The notes beneath the pieces were generated by a model. The model made no database searches. It was given only the letters and a program-made list of their open reading frames with translations, and was not told the origin of the DNA. 64,000 nucleotides of DNA from assembly GCA_037443365.1 (NCBI GenBank), contig JBBIOM010000006.1, positions 8,642-72,641 of the forward strand. The letters run 5' to 3'. Positions 17,322 to 26,635 of this stretch are shown here, in pieces. Origin of the DNA: Armatimonadota bacterium. Its GTDB lineage: Bacteria > Sysuimicrobiota > Sysuimicrobiia > Sysuimicrobiales > Humicultoraceae. A program made the position numbers and the translations under genes. The first letter of the stretch is position 1, and every line of letters starts with the position of its first letter.

Positions 17322-18431
17322 ATGAAACTCCACGAGTACCAGGCCAGAGAGATCTTCGCCCGATACGAGATCCCGGTGCGCCCAGGCGTTGTCATCGAGC
17401 GGCCCGAGCAGCTCGACGGGCTCGGGATCCCCTACCCGATCGTTCTCAAGGCGCAGGTCCTAGTCGGCGGCCGGGGGAAGGCGGGCGGGATCAAGATGGC
17501 CGCGACTCTCCCCGAGGCGCGCGAGAAGGCGGCCGCGATCCTGGGGATGACGATCAAGGGCGAGACCGTTCGCCGCCTGCTCGTCGTGGAGGCCGCGGAG
17601 ATCACCGCCGAGTACTACCTGGCGTTCACCGTGGACCGCGCGGCTCGGCGGTTGGTGGCGATCGCCTCGGCGGCCGGGGGCATTGACATCGAGGAAGTCG
17701 CCCGGGCCTCCCCAGAGAAGATCGTCAAGCACCACGTTGATCCTTTCGGGGGGTTCTATCCCTACAACGCGCGCGAGATGGGCCGGAAGCTGGGCCTGGA
17801 GGGCCGGTGCTTGCTGGAGTTCGCCGCGATCGCGCACGCGCTCTGGCGCCTGTGCCGTGAGATGGACGCCGAGCTGGCCGAGATCAACCCGCTGGGGGTG
17901 GTGGGCGGCTCGCTGCTGGCCGTAGACGCCAAGCTGGTCATTGACGACAACGCCGCATTCCGCCACCCGGGGCTGCCGCGCAGCGAGGAGTTGACCGATC
18001 TGGAGGCGCTGGCGAAGAGCCAGGACCTGGCCTACGTCGAGCTCGACGGCGACGTGGCGATCATCGGCAACGGGGCCGGCCTCGTGATGTCCACGCTCGA
18101 TGCGATCGCGCACTTCGGCGGCCGCCCGGCCAACTTCCTGGACGTGGGCGGCGGGGCGACCAGCGAGAACATGGCACAGGCGATGCAGATCGTGCTGCGC
18201 AAGAGCGGCGTGCGCGCGCTGTTCGTCAACATCTTCGGCGGGATCACCCGCTGCGACGACATCGCCCGCGCGATCGCCGCGGCGCCGCCTCCGGTGCCGA
18301 TGGTGGTGCGACTGACCGGAACCAACGAGGAAGAAGGCCGGACGATCCTGCGGGCCGCAGGGATCCAGGCGCTCACCGATCCGGAGTCCGCCGCCCGGGA
18401 AGCCGTGCGCCTGGCCGCCGGGGCGCGGTGA
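17322..18431 (+). CDS. sucC: Succinyl-CoA synthetase beta subunit
   Basis: Motifs MKLHEYQA, GGRGKAGG, EINPL, GNGAGL, PANFLDVGGG, NIFGGI. Confidence 0.96.
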   Translation: MKLHEYQAREIFARYEIPVRPGVVIERPEQLDGLGIPYPIVLKAQVLVGGRGKAGGIKMAATLPEAREKAAAILGMTIKGETVRRLLVVEAAEITAEYYLAFTVDRAARRLVAIASAAGGIDIEEVARASPEKIVKHHVDPFGGFYPYNAREMGRKLGLEGRCLLEFAAIAHALWRLCREMDAELAEINPLGVVGGSLLAVDAKLVIDDNAAFRHPGLPRSEELTDLEALAKSQDLAYVELDGDVAIIGNGAGLVMSTLDAIAHFGGRPANFLDVGGGATSENMAQAMQIVLRKSGVRALFVNIFGGITRCDDIARAIAAAPPPVPMVVRLTGTNEEEGRTILRAAGIQALTDPESAAREAVRLAAGAR

Positions 18432-18435
18432 CCGG

Positions 18436-19401
18436 GTGAGCCGCCGCGTGTTCTCGCCTTTGGGTCTTGGTGCTCCCGGACGCGCGCTGGCACGGCGCGC
18501 GCTTGCCTGCGCCGCGCTGCTGGTCGGGCTCGCCCTGGCGGCGCAGGCCGCCCTGCTCTTGTTCGGGCAGCCCCTCGCCGCGCAGATCGCACCGTCGGGC
18601 CCGCCTGCGCGTCACGTCATCCTGCTCAGCCTCGACGGCGCACGCGCCGACGCCGTCAGGGCCGCAGTACCCCTGGCCCTGGCAGGTCGCGGGGCCGTGA
18701 CCTGGACCGCGCAGACCACCCTTCCGAGCTCGACCCTGCCCGCGCACGCCTCGATGCTCTCGGGAGTGGGCCCGGCAGTTCACAGGGTGACCTTCAACGA
18801 CTGGCGGGCCGGTGAGCCCTACTTCGCGCGCGCCACCATCTTCACGGAGGTCACACGCGCAGGAGGCCGAGCCGCGGCCCTTGTCACGAAGCCCAAGATG
18901 ATGTTCTTCGTGCCGCCGGGAGTGGTCGCCAGCGCCCAGCACCTGCTCTACCCACGTCTGCGCCAGGCCGACGTGGTGGAGAGCGCCTCACGCCTCTTCC
19001 TCGAGCAGCGGCCTGCCCTGCTCTTCGTGCACGTCACGGACCCAGACGATACCGGTCACCGGCATGGCTGGATGAGCGAGGAGTACCTGCGTGTGATCGC
19101 CGCGACTCCAGATCTGATCGAGCGCCTGCTGCGTGCCCTCGACGATGCCGGGGTGGCGGCCAGGGCCCTGCTGATCGTCACCGCGGACCACGGCGGATCG
19201 GGCATCGCGCACGGCACGAACCGACCCGAGGACATGACGATCCCCTGGATGGCGTTCGGCGGCGCGGCCCGGCGCGGGGTGGTGGTCGAGCGGCGCGTCG
19301 TGGTGTTCGACACGGCCGCGACCGTGCTGGAGGCGTTGGGCGTTCCGATACCGGGTGACTGGCAGGGCGCGCCGGTGCACGAAGCGCTGCAGAGGCCGTA
19401 G
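18436..19401 (+). CDS. Alkaline phosphatase superfamily protein (NPP-like), probably exported
   Basis: N-terminal hydrophobic segment; motifs LSLDGARAD, TLPAHASM, DDTGH, TADHGG. Confidence 0.85.
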   Translation: MSRRVFSPLGLGAPGRALARRALACAALLVGLALAAQAALLLFGQPLAAQIAPSGPPARHVILLSLDGARADAVRAAVPLALAGRGAVTWTAQTTLPSSTLPAHASMLSGVGPAVHRVTFNDWRAGEPYFARATIFTEVTRAGGRAAALVTKPKMMFFVPPGVVASAQHLLYPRLRQADVVESASRLFLEQRPALLFVHVTDPDDTGHRHGWMSEEYLRVIAATPDLIERLLRALDDAGVAARALLIVTADHGGSGIAHGTNRPEDMTIPWMAFGGAARRGVVVERRVVVFDTAATVLEALGVPIPGDWQGAPVHEALQRP

Positions 19402-19425
19402 TCCAGGAGGAGCACGGAGGAGCCG

Positions 19426-20292
19426 ATGGCCATTCTCATCAACGAGCACACCCGCGTCCTGGTTCAGGGCATCACCGGCTTTCAGGGCGAGTTCCACACG
19501 CGCCGGATGTTGGAGTTCGGCACCCAGGTGGTGGCCGGCTCGACCCCGGGAAAGGGCGGCCAGGTCGTGGCCGGCGTTCCGGTGTTCGACACGGTTGCCG
19601 AGGCCGTGGCCAAGACCGGCGCTGGCGCCTCGTGCATCTTCGTGCCCGCGCGCGCGGCCCTGGACGCGGCGATGGAGGCGATCGCATCCCGGCTGGATCC
19701 GGTAGTGATCATCACCGAGCACGTCCCCATCCACGACTCGATCGAGATGGTGGACGCGGCGCGCGCCGCCGGCGTGCGCATCGTCGGGCCGAACGGCCCG
19801 GGCGTGGTCTCTCCCGGGCGGTGCAAGATCGGCATCATGCCCAACCATCTGTTCGCGCCCGGGGGCGTGGGGCTGGTCTCGCGCAGCGGCACGCTCACAT
19901 ACGAGATCGTGGCCGGCCTGACGCGCGCCGGCCTGGGACAGAGCACCGCCCTGGGCCTGGGCGGCGATCCGGTCGTGGGCCTGACGTTCCAGGAGGCGGT
20001 GGCGCTCTTCTCGGAAGACCCACAGACCCAGGCGATCGTCCTTGTGGGCGAGATCGGCGGGGCCGCCGAGGAAGAGGCCGCCCGCTTCATCAAGACCTCC
20101 GTGCGCAAGCCCGTCGTGGGATACGTCGCCGGCCGGACCGCGCCGCCCGGCAAGCGCATGGGCCACGCGGGCGCGGTGATCTCCGGGAGCGAGGGGGGAG
20201 CGCAGGCCAAGATCGAGGCGCTGCAGGCCGCCGGGGTCGCCATGGTAGAGCTCCCCTTCCAGGTGCCGGAGGTCCTGCGGGGGCTGCTGTAG
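19426..20292 (+). CDS. sucD: Succinyl-CoA synthetase alpha subunit
   Basis: Motifs VQGITG, GPNGPG, SRSGTLTYE, GEIGG, KRMGHAGA. Confidence 0.96.
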   Translation: MAILINEHTRVLVQGITGFQGEFHTRRMLEFGTQVVAGSTPGKGGQVVAGVPVFDTVAEAVAKTGAGASCIFVPARAALDAAMEAIASRLDPVVIITEHVPIHDSIEMVDAARAAGVRIVGPNGPGVVSPGRCKIGIMPNHLFAPGGVGLVSRSGTLTYEIVAGLTRAGLGQSTALGLGGDPVVGLTFQEAVALFSEDPQTQAIVLVGEIGGAAEEEAARFIKTSVRKPVVGYVAGRTAPPGKRMGHAGAVISGSEGGAQAKIEALQAAGVAMVELPFQVPEVLRGLL

Positions 20293-20344
20293 TAGTACAC
20301 CACGGGGTGCGCCCGCCGGGACGCGGGCGGGCCGGGAGGGTCAC

Positions 20345-20686
20345 ATGCTGGGCGGGTTCCTTCTGCGCTGGGTCTTCAACGCCATCGCCATCTACGTGAC
20401 GACGCGGATCGTAACCGGTATTCATCTGCCTAATGCCGAGAGCATCCTCATCGCGGCCCTGGTACTCGGGCTGGTGAACGCCTCGATCCGGTGGATTCTC
20501 CTGGTGCTGACGCTGCCGCTGAACATCCTGACGCTGGGGCTGTTCACGCTGGTGGTGAACGCGCTCATGCTGTATCTGGTCGCCGCGGTCACGCCGATGC
20601 AGATAGACTCGTTCTGGGCCGCGTTCCTGGGGGCGCTGCTAATTGCGATCATCAGCACCTTCCTCAGCCACCTCGCCGGCCGCTAG
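20345..20686 (+). CDS. YvlD-like 4-TM membrane protein (phage holin family)
   Basis: LGLVNA...LTLPLNILTLGLFTLVVNA. Confidence 0.88.
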   Translation: MLGGFLLRWVFNAIAIYVTTRIVTGIHLPNAESILIAALVLGLVNASIRWILLVLTLPLNILTLGLFTLVVNALMLYLVAAVTPMQIDSFWAAFLGALLIAIISTFLSHLAGR

Positions 20687-21626
20687 CCGGTCCGAGGCGC
20701 CCGCCGGCCGGCCCCGCGCCGTATCTCGCAGGCGCGGCGGCGTTCAGTTCGTCATCATTACTGGCCTCTCGGGCGCCGGGAAGTCCACGGCCATGAAGGT
20801 CTTCGAGGACCTCGGGTTCTTCTGCGTGGACAACCTCCCGCCCGCGCTGCTGCCCAAGTTCGCGGACCTGTGCCTGCACTCCGAGGAGAGGGTCCGGCGG
20901 GTGGCGGTCGTCATCGACATCCGGGGCGGCGAGTTCTTTGACGACCTGTTCTCGGCCCTGCACCAGATCGCCCGCCTGGGCCTGCGCGCAGACATCCTCT
21001 TCCTGGACGCCGCCGACGACGCGCTGGTGCGCCGGTTCAAGGAGACGCGCCGCAAGCACCCCCTGGCCCAGACAGGGCGCGTGCTCTCCGGCATCCGCGC
21101 CGAGCGCCGCCGCCTGGAAGCCGTGAAGGGACGGGCGCATCGGGTCATTGACACCTCCGCCCTGACAGGGAGAGAGCTGCGCGACGAGATCGCCGGCGCC
21201 TACAGGCGCGCCCGCGCCCCCCGGCGCCCCCTCGAGGTCAGCGTGGTCACCTTCGGCTACAAGTACGGCATCCCGATTGACGCCGATCTCGTCCTGGACG
21301 TGCGGTTCCTGCCCAACCCGCACTACCGGCCGGCGCTGCGTCCCCTGCCCGGAACGCACGCGCGCGTCCGCAGGTTCGTGATGTGCCAGGCGCAGACCCG
21401 CGACTTCATGGCCCGGCTGAACGAGTTCGGCGACTACCTGCTGCCGCAGTTCGTCGCCGAGGGCAAGACCCACCTGACCATAGGCCTCGGATGCACCGGC
21501 GGCCGCCATCGCTCCGTTGTCCTGGGAGAGGAACTGGCGCGGCATCTCCGCCGCGGCGGCTACCGCGTTCGCGTCAGGCACCGCGATCTCCGCAAGGACG
21601 ACCGGGGAGCCGGGGAGCAGCAGTGA
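20643..21626 (+). CDS. rapZ: RNase adapter / P-loop protein RapZ (YvcJ)
   Basis: Motifs ITGLSGAGKS, CVDNLP, DVRFLPNP, GCTGGRHRS. Start uncertain: the only in-frame canonical start before the P-loop is TTG 20643. Confidence 0.92.
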   Translation: MRSSAPSSATSPAASRSEAPAGRPRAVSRRRGGVQFVIITGLSGAGKSTAMKVFEDLGFFCVDNLPPALLPKFADLCLHSEERVRRVAVVIDIRGGEFFDDLFSALHQIARLGLRADILFLDAADDALVRRFKETRRKHPLAQTGRVLSGIRAERRRLEAVKGRAHRVIDTSALTGRELRDEIAGAYRRARAPRRPLEVSVVTFGYKYGIPIDADLVLDVRFLPNPHYRPALRPLPGTHARVRRFVMCQAQTRDFMARLNEFGDYLLPQFVAEGKTHLTIGLGCTGGRHRSVVLGEELARHLRRGGYRVRVRHRDLRKDDRGAGEQQ

Positions 21627-22972
21627 GCGCGCTGCCGCGCGGCCAGTGGCAGCGCTGGCGGCGCTGGCTGGCGCCGGGACTGGGCATCAAGCGGTGGGGG
21701 CTGGTCATCGGCGCAGGGATCCTGGCCTTCGGCGCGGGCATCTCGCTCGTCGTCAACATCAAGTTCCTGGCCGAGTTCGACTACGCGGTCTTCGCGCTCG
21801 CCGTCCTGCTCGATCGGGTCAGCCGCGGGAGCATCTCCCCGGCGGCGCTTGGAGCAGTCGTGGCGCTGCTGGGTGTGCTGATAACCGTGTTGGGCCTGCG
21901 CGGCACGCTGCGCTCGATTGACCGCGTCCTCTTCCCCACCGGCAGCCCCACCCTGGTCGAGGCCCTGCGCGAGCACCGCCGGCGGCGGCGCGGGCTCAAT
22001 GTCGTGGCGCTGGGCGGCGGCACCGGGCTGGCCACGCTCCTGCGCGGAATCAAGCACTACACCTCCAACATCTCCGCCGTGGTGACGGTGTTCGACGACG
22101 GTGGATCCTCGGGCCGGCTGCGCCGCGAGCTGGGCATACTGCCGCCCGGCGACATCCGCAACTGCCTGGTGGCGCTGGCCGAGGTCGAGCCGCTGATGAC
22201 GCGCCTGTTCGAGTACCGGTTCCAGGGAGGAGATCTCGACGGCCACGCCTTCGGCAACCTGTTCATCGCCAGCCTCACCGGCGTGACGGGTGACCTCGAG
22301 CTGGCCGTGAAGGAGACCAGCAAGGTTCTCAAGATCCGGGGGCGCGTGCTGCCCACCACCGGACACAACGTGGTCCTGGCCGCCTCGCTCGCCGACGGCC
22401 GCACGATCGAGGGCGAGTCCGAGATCACAGCGGCGCGCGGCCGCATCCGTCGCGTCTCCCTGCGCCCCGCCGACGTCTTCCCCCTCCCGGAGGTACTCGA
22501 GGCCGTCGCCGAGGCCGACCTCATCCTGCTCGGGCCGGGCAGCCTCTACACCAGCGTCATCCCCAACCTGCTTGTGCGCGGGATGGTCGAGGCGCTGCTG
22601 GAGTCTCACGCGCAGCGCGTCTACATCTGCAACGTCATGACCCAGCCGGGCGAGACGGACGGGTATTCCGCCGCCGATCACGTGCGCGCGATCTTCGCCC
22701 ACACCACCCCTGCCCTGTTCACCCACGTGATCGTCAACACCCAGCCCCCGCAGAACCAGGTCCTGCTCGAGCGCTACGCCGCCGAGGGCAGCGTGCCCGT
22801 GGAGCCAACCCAATACGAACTGGAGGCGATGGGCTTGATACCGGTCGGATTCCCGTTGATGAGCGAGGAGGAGTTGCTGCGCCACGATCCGCTGCGCCTT
22901 GCGAGCGCCGTCCTGCGGGTCATGGGGATGACCGGTACCCCGCCGGCTCGGCTGGTCCGCCGCCATGCCTGA
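21623..22972 (+). CDS. yvcK: YvcK/GlmR family protein with an N-terminal membrane extension
   Basis: Motifs GGGTGL, DDGGSSG, PPGDIRNC, GPGSLYTS, QPGET. Confidence 0.93.
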   Translation: MSALPRGQWQRWRRWLAPGLGIKRWGLVIGAGILAFGAGISLVVNIKFLAEFDYAVFALAVLLDRVSRGSISPAALGAVVALLGVLITVLGLRGTLRSIDRVLFPTGSPTLVEALREHRRRRRGLNVVALGGGTGLATLLRGIKHYTSNISAVVTVFDDGGSSGRLRRELGILPPGDIRNCLVALAEVEPLMTRLFEYRFQGGDLDGHAFGNLFIASLTGVTGDLELAVKETSKVLKIRGRVLPTTGHNVVLAASLADGRTIEGESEITAARGRIRRVSLRPADVFPLPEVLEAVAEADLILLGPGSLYTSVIPNLLVRGMVEALLESHAQRVYICNVMTQPGETDGYSAADHVRAIFAHTTPALFTHVIVNTQPPQNQVLLERYAAEGSVPVEPTQYELEAMGLIPVGFPLMSEEELLRHDPLRLASAVLRVMGMTGTPPARLVRRHA

Positions 22973-24365
22973 TATCCTCCCGCCCGCCGAGCCGTTTCGG
23001 ATAAAGGCAGTGGAAGGGATCCGCCGGCTGAGCCGCGAGCAGCGCCTGCGCGCGCTGGAGGCCGCCCACTACAACCTCTTCATGATCAGGTCAGGGGACG
23101 TCTACATAGACCTGCTCACCGACAGCGGGACCGGGGCCATGAGCGACCGGCAGTGGGCGGCCATGATGGCCGGTGACGAGTCCTACGCCGGAAGCCGCAG
23201 CTTCGAGCACCTGGCGGGATCCGTGTCCGAGGTGATGGGGTTCCCGTACCTCGTACCCACGCACCAGGGCAGGGGAGCCGAGCATGTCTTGTTCTCCGCG
23301 CTCGTGGCCCCCGGCCAGCAGGTGATCGGCAACGTGCACTTCGACACCACGCGCGCTCACGTTGAGCACCGGGGGGCGGAGGCGCTCGACTTCGCCGTTG
23401 AGGAGATCTACGACACCCAGGATCGGTCCCCGTTCAAGGGCAACCTGGATGTGGCGCGCGCGGACGAGCACATCAAGAGGGTCGGGCGGGACGCGGTGCC
23501 GCTCGTGCTCGTGACCGTGACCTGCAACTCGGGTGGCGGACAGCCCGTCTCCATGGCGAACCTGAGGGCGGTGCGCGCCCTGGCCGACCGCTGGGGGATG
23601 CCGTTCTTCCTGGACGCCTGCCGGTTCGCCGAGAACGCCTACTTCATCCAGCAGCGGGAGCCGGGATACGCCGAGCGGACCGTGGCCTCGATCGCGCGCG
23701 AGATGTGCGATCTGGCCGACGGCTGCACCTTCAGCGCCAAGAAGGATGGGCTTGCCAACATCGGCGGGTTCGTGGCGTTTCGCGACGCGGCGCTCTACGA
23801 GAAGGCGGTGCCGTGGGCGATCCTGTTTGAGGGCTTCCTGACCTACGGCGGCATGGCGGGCCGCGACCTGGAGGCCATCGCGGTGGGCCTGCGCGAGGTG
23901 GTGGATCAGCAGTACCTGGAATGGCGCATAGGGCAGGTGGCGAGGCTGGCGGAGGGCATGCGCGCGGCCTCGGTTCCCCTGGTCGAGCCGACAGGCGGAC
24001 ACGCGGTGTTCCTTGACGCGCGGCGGTTCCTGCCGCACGTTCCCCCGGCGGCTTACCCGGCGCAGTCCCTGGCCTGCGAGCTCTACGCCGACGGCGGCGT
24101 GCGCGGGGTCGAGGTAGGCGGCGTCATGGCCGGCCGCGATCCGCGAACCGGACAGGAGCGCCTGCCTCGCCTGGAGATGGTCCGGCTGGCTGTACCGCGG
24201 CGCGTCTATACCGACGCGCACATGGCGGTCGTGGTCGAGACCGCCCGCCTGACACTTGCCCGCAGCGCCACGATAGGCGGCCTGCGGATCGTCCATGAGC
24301 CCCCGGTGCTTCGCCACTTCTCGGCGCGCTTCGCCCCGGTGGCGCCCGCGGATCTGCCACGGTGA
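22965..24365 (+). CDS. tnaA: Tryptophanase (beta-eliminating PLP lyase)
   Basis: Motifs IDLLTDSGT, GDESYAG, PTHQGRGAE, SAKKDG. C-terminal LRHF (His) favours tryptophanase over tyrosine phenol-lyase. Confidence 0.85.
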   Translation: MPDILPPAEPFRIKAVEGIRRLSREQRLRALEAAHYNLFMIRSGDVYIDLLTDSGTGAMSDRQWAAMMAGDESYAGSRSFEHLAGSVSEVMGFPYLVPTHQGRGAEHVLFSALVAPGQQVIGNVHFDTTRAHVEHRGAEALDFAVEEIYDTQDRSPFKGNLDVARADEHIKRVGRDAVPLVLVTVTCNSGGGQPVSMANLRAVRALADRWGMPFFLDACRFAENAYFIQQREPGYAERTVASIAREMCDLADGCTFSAKKDGLANIGGFVAFRDAALYEKAVPWAILFEGFLTYGGMAGRDLEAIAVGLREVVDQQYLEWRIGQVARLAEGMRAASVPLVEPTGGHAVFLDARRFLPHVPPAAYPAQSLACELYADGGVRGVEVGGVMAGRDPRTGQERLPRLEMVRLAVPRRVYTDAHMAVVVETARLTLARSATIGGLRIVHEPPVLRHFSARFAPVAPADLPR

Positions 24366-24385
24366 AATGTGTCGTCGCCGGATTC

Positions 24386-24414
24386 TTGACACCCCGCGGG
24401 TTAGCCGATACTCT
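24386..24414 (+). promoter_or_regulatory. Sigma70-type promoter of the nuo operon
   Basis: TTGACA-N17-TACTCT immediately upstream of nuoA. Confidence 0.65.
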
Positions 24415-24431
24415 AGCGTGGGCTTGATGGC

Positions 24432-24791
24432 ATGCTGCTTGTAGACTGGCTTTACGTCGCCGCCTTCGCGATCACCGGCCTATCCCTGGCCGGCCTGTCG
24501 CTGGCCCTGGTCTGGGTGCTCTCCCCCAGGGCGCCGTATCCCCAGAAGCGCACAACGTACGAGTCCGGCATCGTGCCCTTCGGCCAGGCATGGGCGCAGT
24601 TCAACATCCGCTACTACCTGTTTGGGCTGGTCTTCGTGATCTTCGCCGTAGAGGTGATCTACCTCTACCCGTGGGCGATCGTGTTCAGGCAACTGGGCAG
24701 GTTCGCCTTCTTCGAGATGCTGATCTTCCTTGTCGTCCTTCTGGTCGCGCTGGCCTACGCCTGGCGGAAGGGTGCCCTCGAGTGGATCTGA
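24432..24791 (+). CDS. nuoA: NADH-quinone oxidoreductase subunit A
   Basis: Motifs [31 protein letters not shown]. Confidence 0.95.
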   Translation: MLLVDWLYVAAFAITGLSLAGLSLALVWVLSPRAPYPQKRTTYESGIVPFGQAWAQFNIRYYLFGLVFVIFAVEVIYLYPWAIVFRQLGRFAFFEMLIFLVVLLVALAYAWRKGALEWI

Positions 24792-24828
24792 GACGCCCGC
24801 TCCGCCCCGCGCATCCGGGGTTCCTGTC

Positions 24829-25806
24829 GTGAACTGGTGGGTCGAGATCGCCAAGGCCTTCCTGGCCGCGGTGGGGATGTTCACGTTCCTCGCCATCGTG
24901 GCGGCGATGTTTGGCGTGCTGCTCGAGCGCAAGGTGGGCGGGTGGATACAGTCCCGTCTGGGCCCCAAGCACGTTGGACCGCAGGGCGTGCTGCAGACCC
25001 TCGCGGATACCATCAAGCTGCTGCAAAAGGAGCACATAACCCCGCGCGCCGCGGACGTGCTTGTCTTCAACACCGCCCCCCTGATCGTGACGACCGCCGG
25101 GCTGATGGGCTGGCTGGTCATTCCGTTCGGGACGCTCTGGGGCAAGGTACTGGTCGTGCGCGACCTCAACATAGGCATCCTGTTCTTCGCGGCGATGGCC
25201 TCGATGACCGTGATCGGTATCCTGGCGGGCGGGTGGGCGTCCAACAACAAGTACTCCCTGCTCGGAGCGCTGCGCAGCGCCTCGCAGATGATAAGCTACG
25301 AGCTCCCCCTGGGGATCGCGCTCGTGGCCGTGGCCATGGAGGCCGGGACGCTCTCCACCGTGGGCATCGTCCGGGCGCAGGACGGCTGGATGGGGTCGTT
25401 CATCTTCCGGCAGTTTCCCGCGTTCGTGATCTTCCTGGTCGCGGCCACGGCCGAGGTCAACCGCATCCCGTTCGACCTGCCCGAGGCCGAGAGCGAGCTG
25501 GTCGCTGGCTACCACTCGGAGTACACGGGCATGCGCTTCTCCCTGTTCATGCTGGGCGAGTACGCCGAGATGTTCGCCATGGCCGCCATGATCACGACGC
25601 TCTTCCTGGGCGGATGGAAGGGGCCGCTGCTGCCGCCCATCCTGTGGTTCTTCCTGAAGATGTACCTGGTGGTGTTCTTCATGATGTGGGTGCGTTGGAC
25701 ATACCCGCGCTTCCGGCTGGACCAGCTCCTTAATCTGAGCTGGAAGATCCTGCTGCCCGCCGGTCTCATCTGGATCCTGATCTCGGGATACAGGATCACG
25801 TTCTAG
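24829..25806 (+). CDS. nuoH: NADH-quinone oxidoreductase subunit H
   Basis: Motifs [51 protein letters not shown]. Confidence 0.96.
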   Translation: MNWWVEIAKAFLAAVGMFTFLAIVAAMFGVLLERKVGGWIQSRLGPKHVGPQGVLQTLADTIKLLQKEHITPRAADVLVFNTAPLIVTTAGLMGWLVIPFGTLWGKVLVVRDLNIGILFFAAMASMTVIGILAGGWASNNKYSLLGALRSASQMISYELPLGIALVAVAMEAGTLSTVGIVRAQDGWMGSFIFRQFPAFVIFLVAATAEVNRIPFDLPEAESELVAGYHSEYTGMRFSLFMLGEYAEMFAMAAMITTLFLGGWKGPLLPPILWFFLKMYLVVFFMMWVRWTYPRFRLDQLLNLSWKILLPAGLIWILISGYRITF

Positions 25807-25809
25807 ACC

Positions 25810-26301
25810 ATGGGTACTCTGATGGCGTTCATCATCCTGTCCGCGGTCACGCTGGTGCCCGCGGTCGTTGTGGTGACCTCCAAGAACATCGTGCGCAGCG
25901 CCCTGTCTCTGGTTCCGACGTTCCTGGGTATCACGGGGCTGTACGTCCTGCTGCGGGCGGAGTTCGTCGCCGGCATCCAGGTGCTGATCTACGCCGGCGC
26001 GATCACGGTGCTGATCCTCTTCGTCATCATGCTCACCGAGGGCGGCACCGGTGTGCGCGTCCGCCAGGTCAACGAGCAGGTGCCAGTCGGCGCGCTCGTA
26101 AGCGCCGTGCTCGCGACGCTTCTGATCTGGGTGTTCCTCCGCACACCCTGGCCCCAGGGCCCCGGAACGCTGCCCGAGCACACCGCCGGCCAGATCGGCG
26201 TGACTTTTCTCTCGAGCATGGTGCTGGTCTTCGAGGTCACGAGCCTGGTGCTGCTGATCTCGCTCGTCGGCGCCATCATAATCGCGCGGCGCGAGCGGTA
26301 G
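25810..26301 (+). CDS. nuoJ: NADH-quinone oxidoreductase subunit J
   Basis: Motifs [16 protein letters not shown] and FEVTSLVLL. Confidence 0.95.
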   Translation: MGTLMAFIILSAVTLVPAVVVVTSKNIVRSALSLVPTFLGITGLYVLLRAEFVAGIQVLIYAGAITVLILFVIMLTEGGTGVRVRQVNEQVPVGALVSAVLATLLIWVFLRTPWPQGPGTLPEHTAGQIGVTFLSSMVLVFEVTSLVLLISLVGAIIIARRER

Positions 26302-26321
26302 CGCGGGGAGGCCGAGGCGGC

Positions 26322-26633
26322 GTGGCGGTCGGACTGACGCACTTCCTTGTGGTTGGCGCCCTGCTCTTCTGTTTGGGCCTCTACGGAGTGCTGACGCGGC
26401 GGAACGCGGTGGCGATCCTGATGGGCATCGAGCTGATGCTGAACGCCGCCAACATCAACCTGATCGCGTTCAACAAGTACGTGGCGCCCGCGGCGCTTGA
26501 CGGGCAGGTGTTCGCGCTGGTCGTGATCACGCTGGCGGCCTGCGAGGTCGGCGTCGGCCTGGCGCTGGTCATTACGGCCTACCGTAACCTTGAGACGGTC
26601 TACGTCGACCGGATCGATGTGCTGAAGTGGTAG
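26322..26633 (+). CDS. nuoK: NADH-quinone oxidoreductase subunit K
   Basis: Motifs [16 protein letters not shown] and [10 protein letters not shown]. Confidence 0.95.
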   Translation: MAVGLTHFLVVGALLFCLGLYGVLTRRNAVAILMGIELMLNAANINLIAFNKYVAPAALDGQVFALVVITLAACEVGVGLALVITAYRNLETVYVDRIDVLKW

Positions 26634-26635
26634 CG

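Noticed and set aside
20345-20686. 'Phage holin' as a sign of a prophage
   Set aside because: It is a YvlD-type housekeeping membrane protein in its usual position near rapZ, and there are no phage genes nearby.
20643-20760. rapZ lacking an obvious start codon (possible pseudogene)
   Set aside because: The frame is open with all motifs intact, and a TTG start at 20643 is available.
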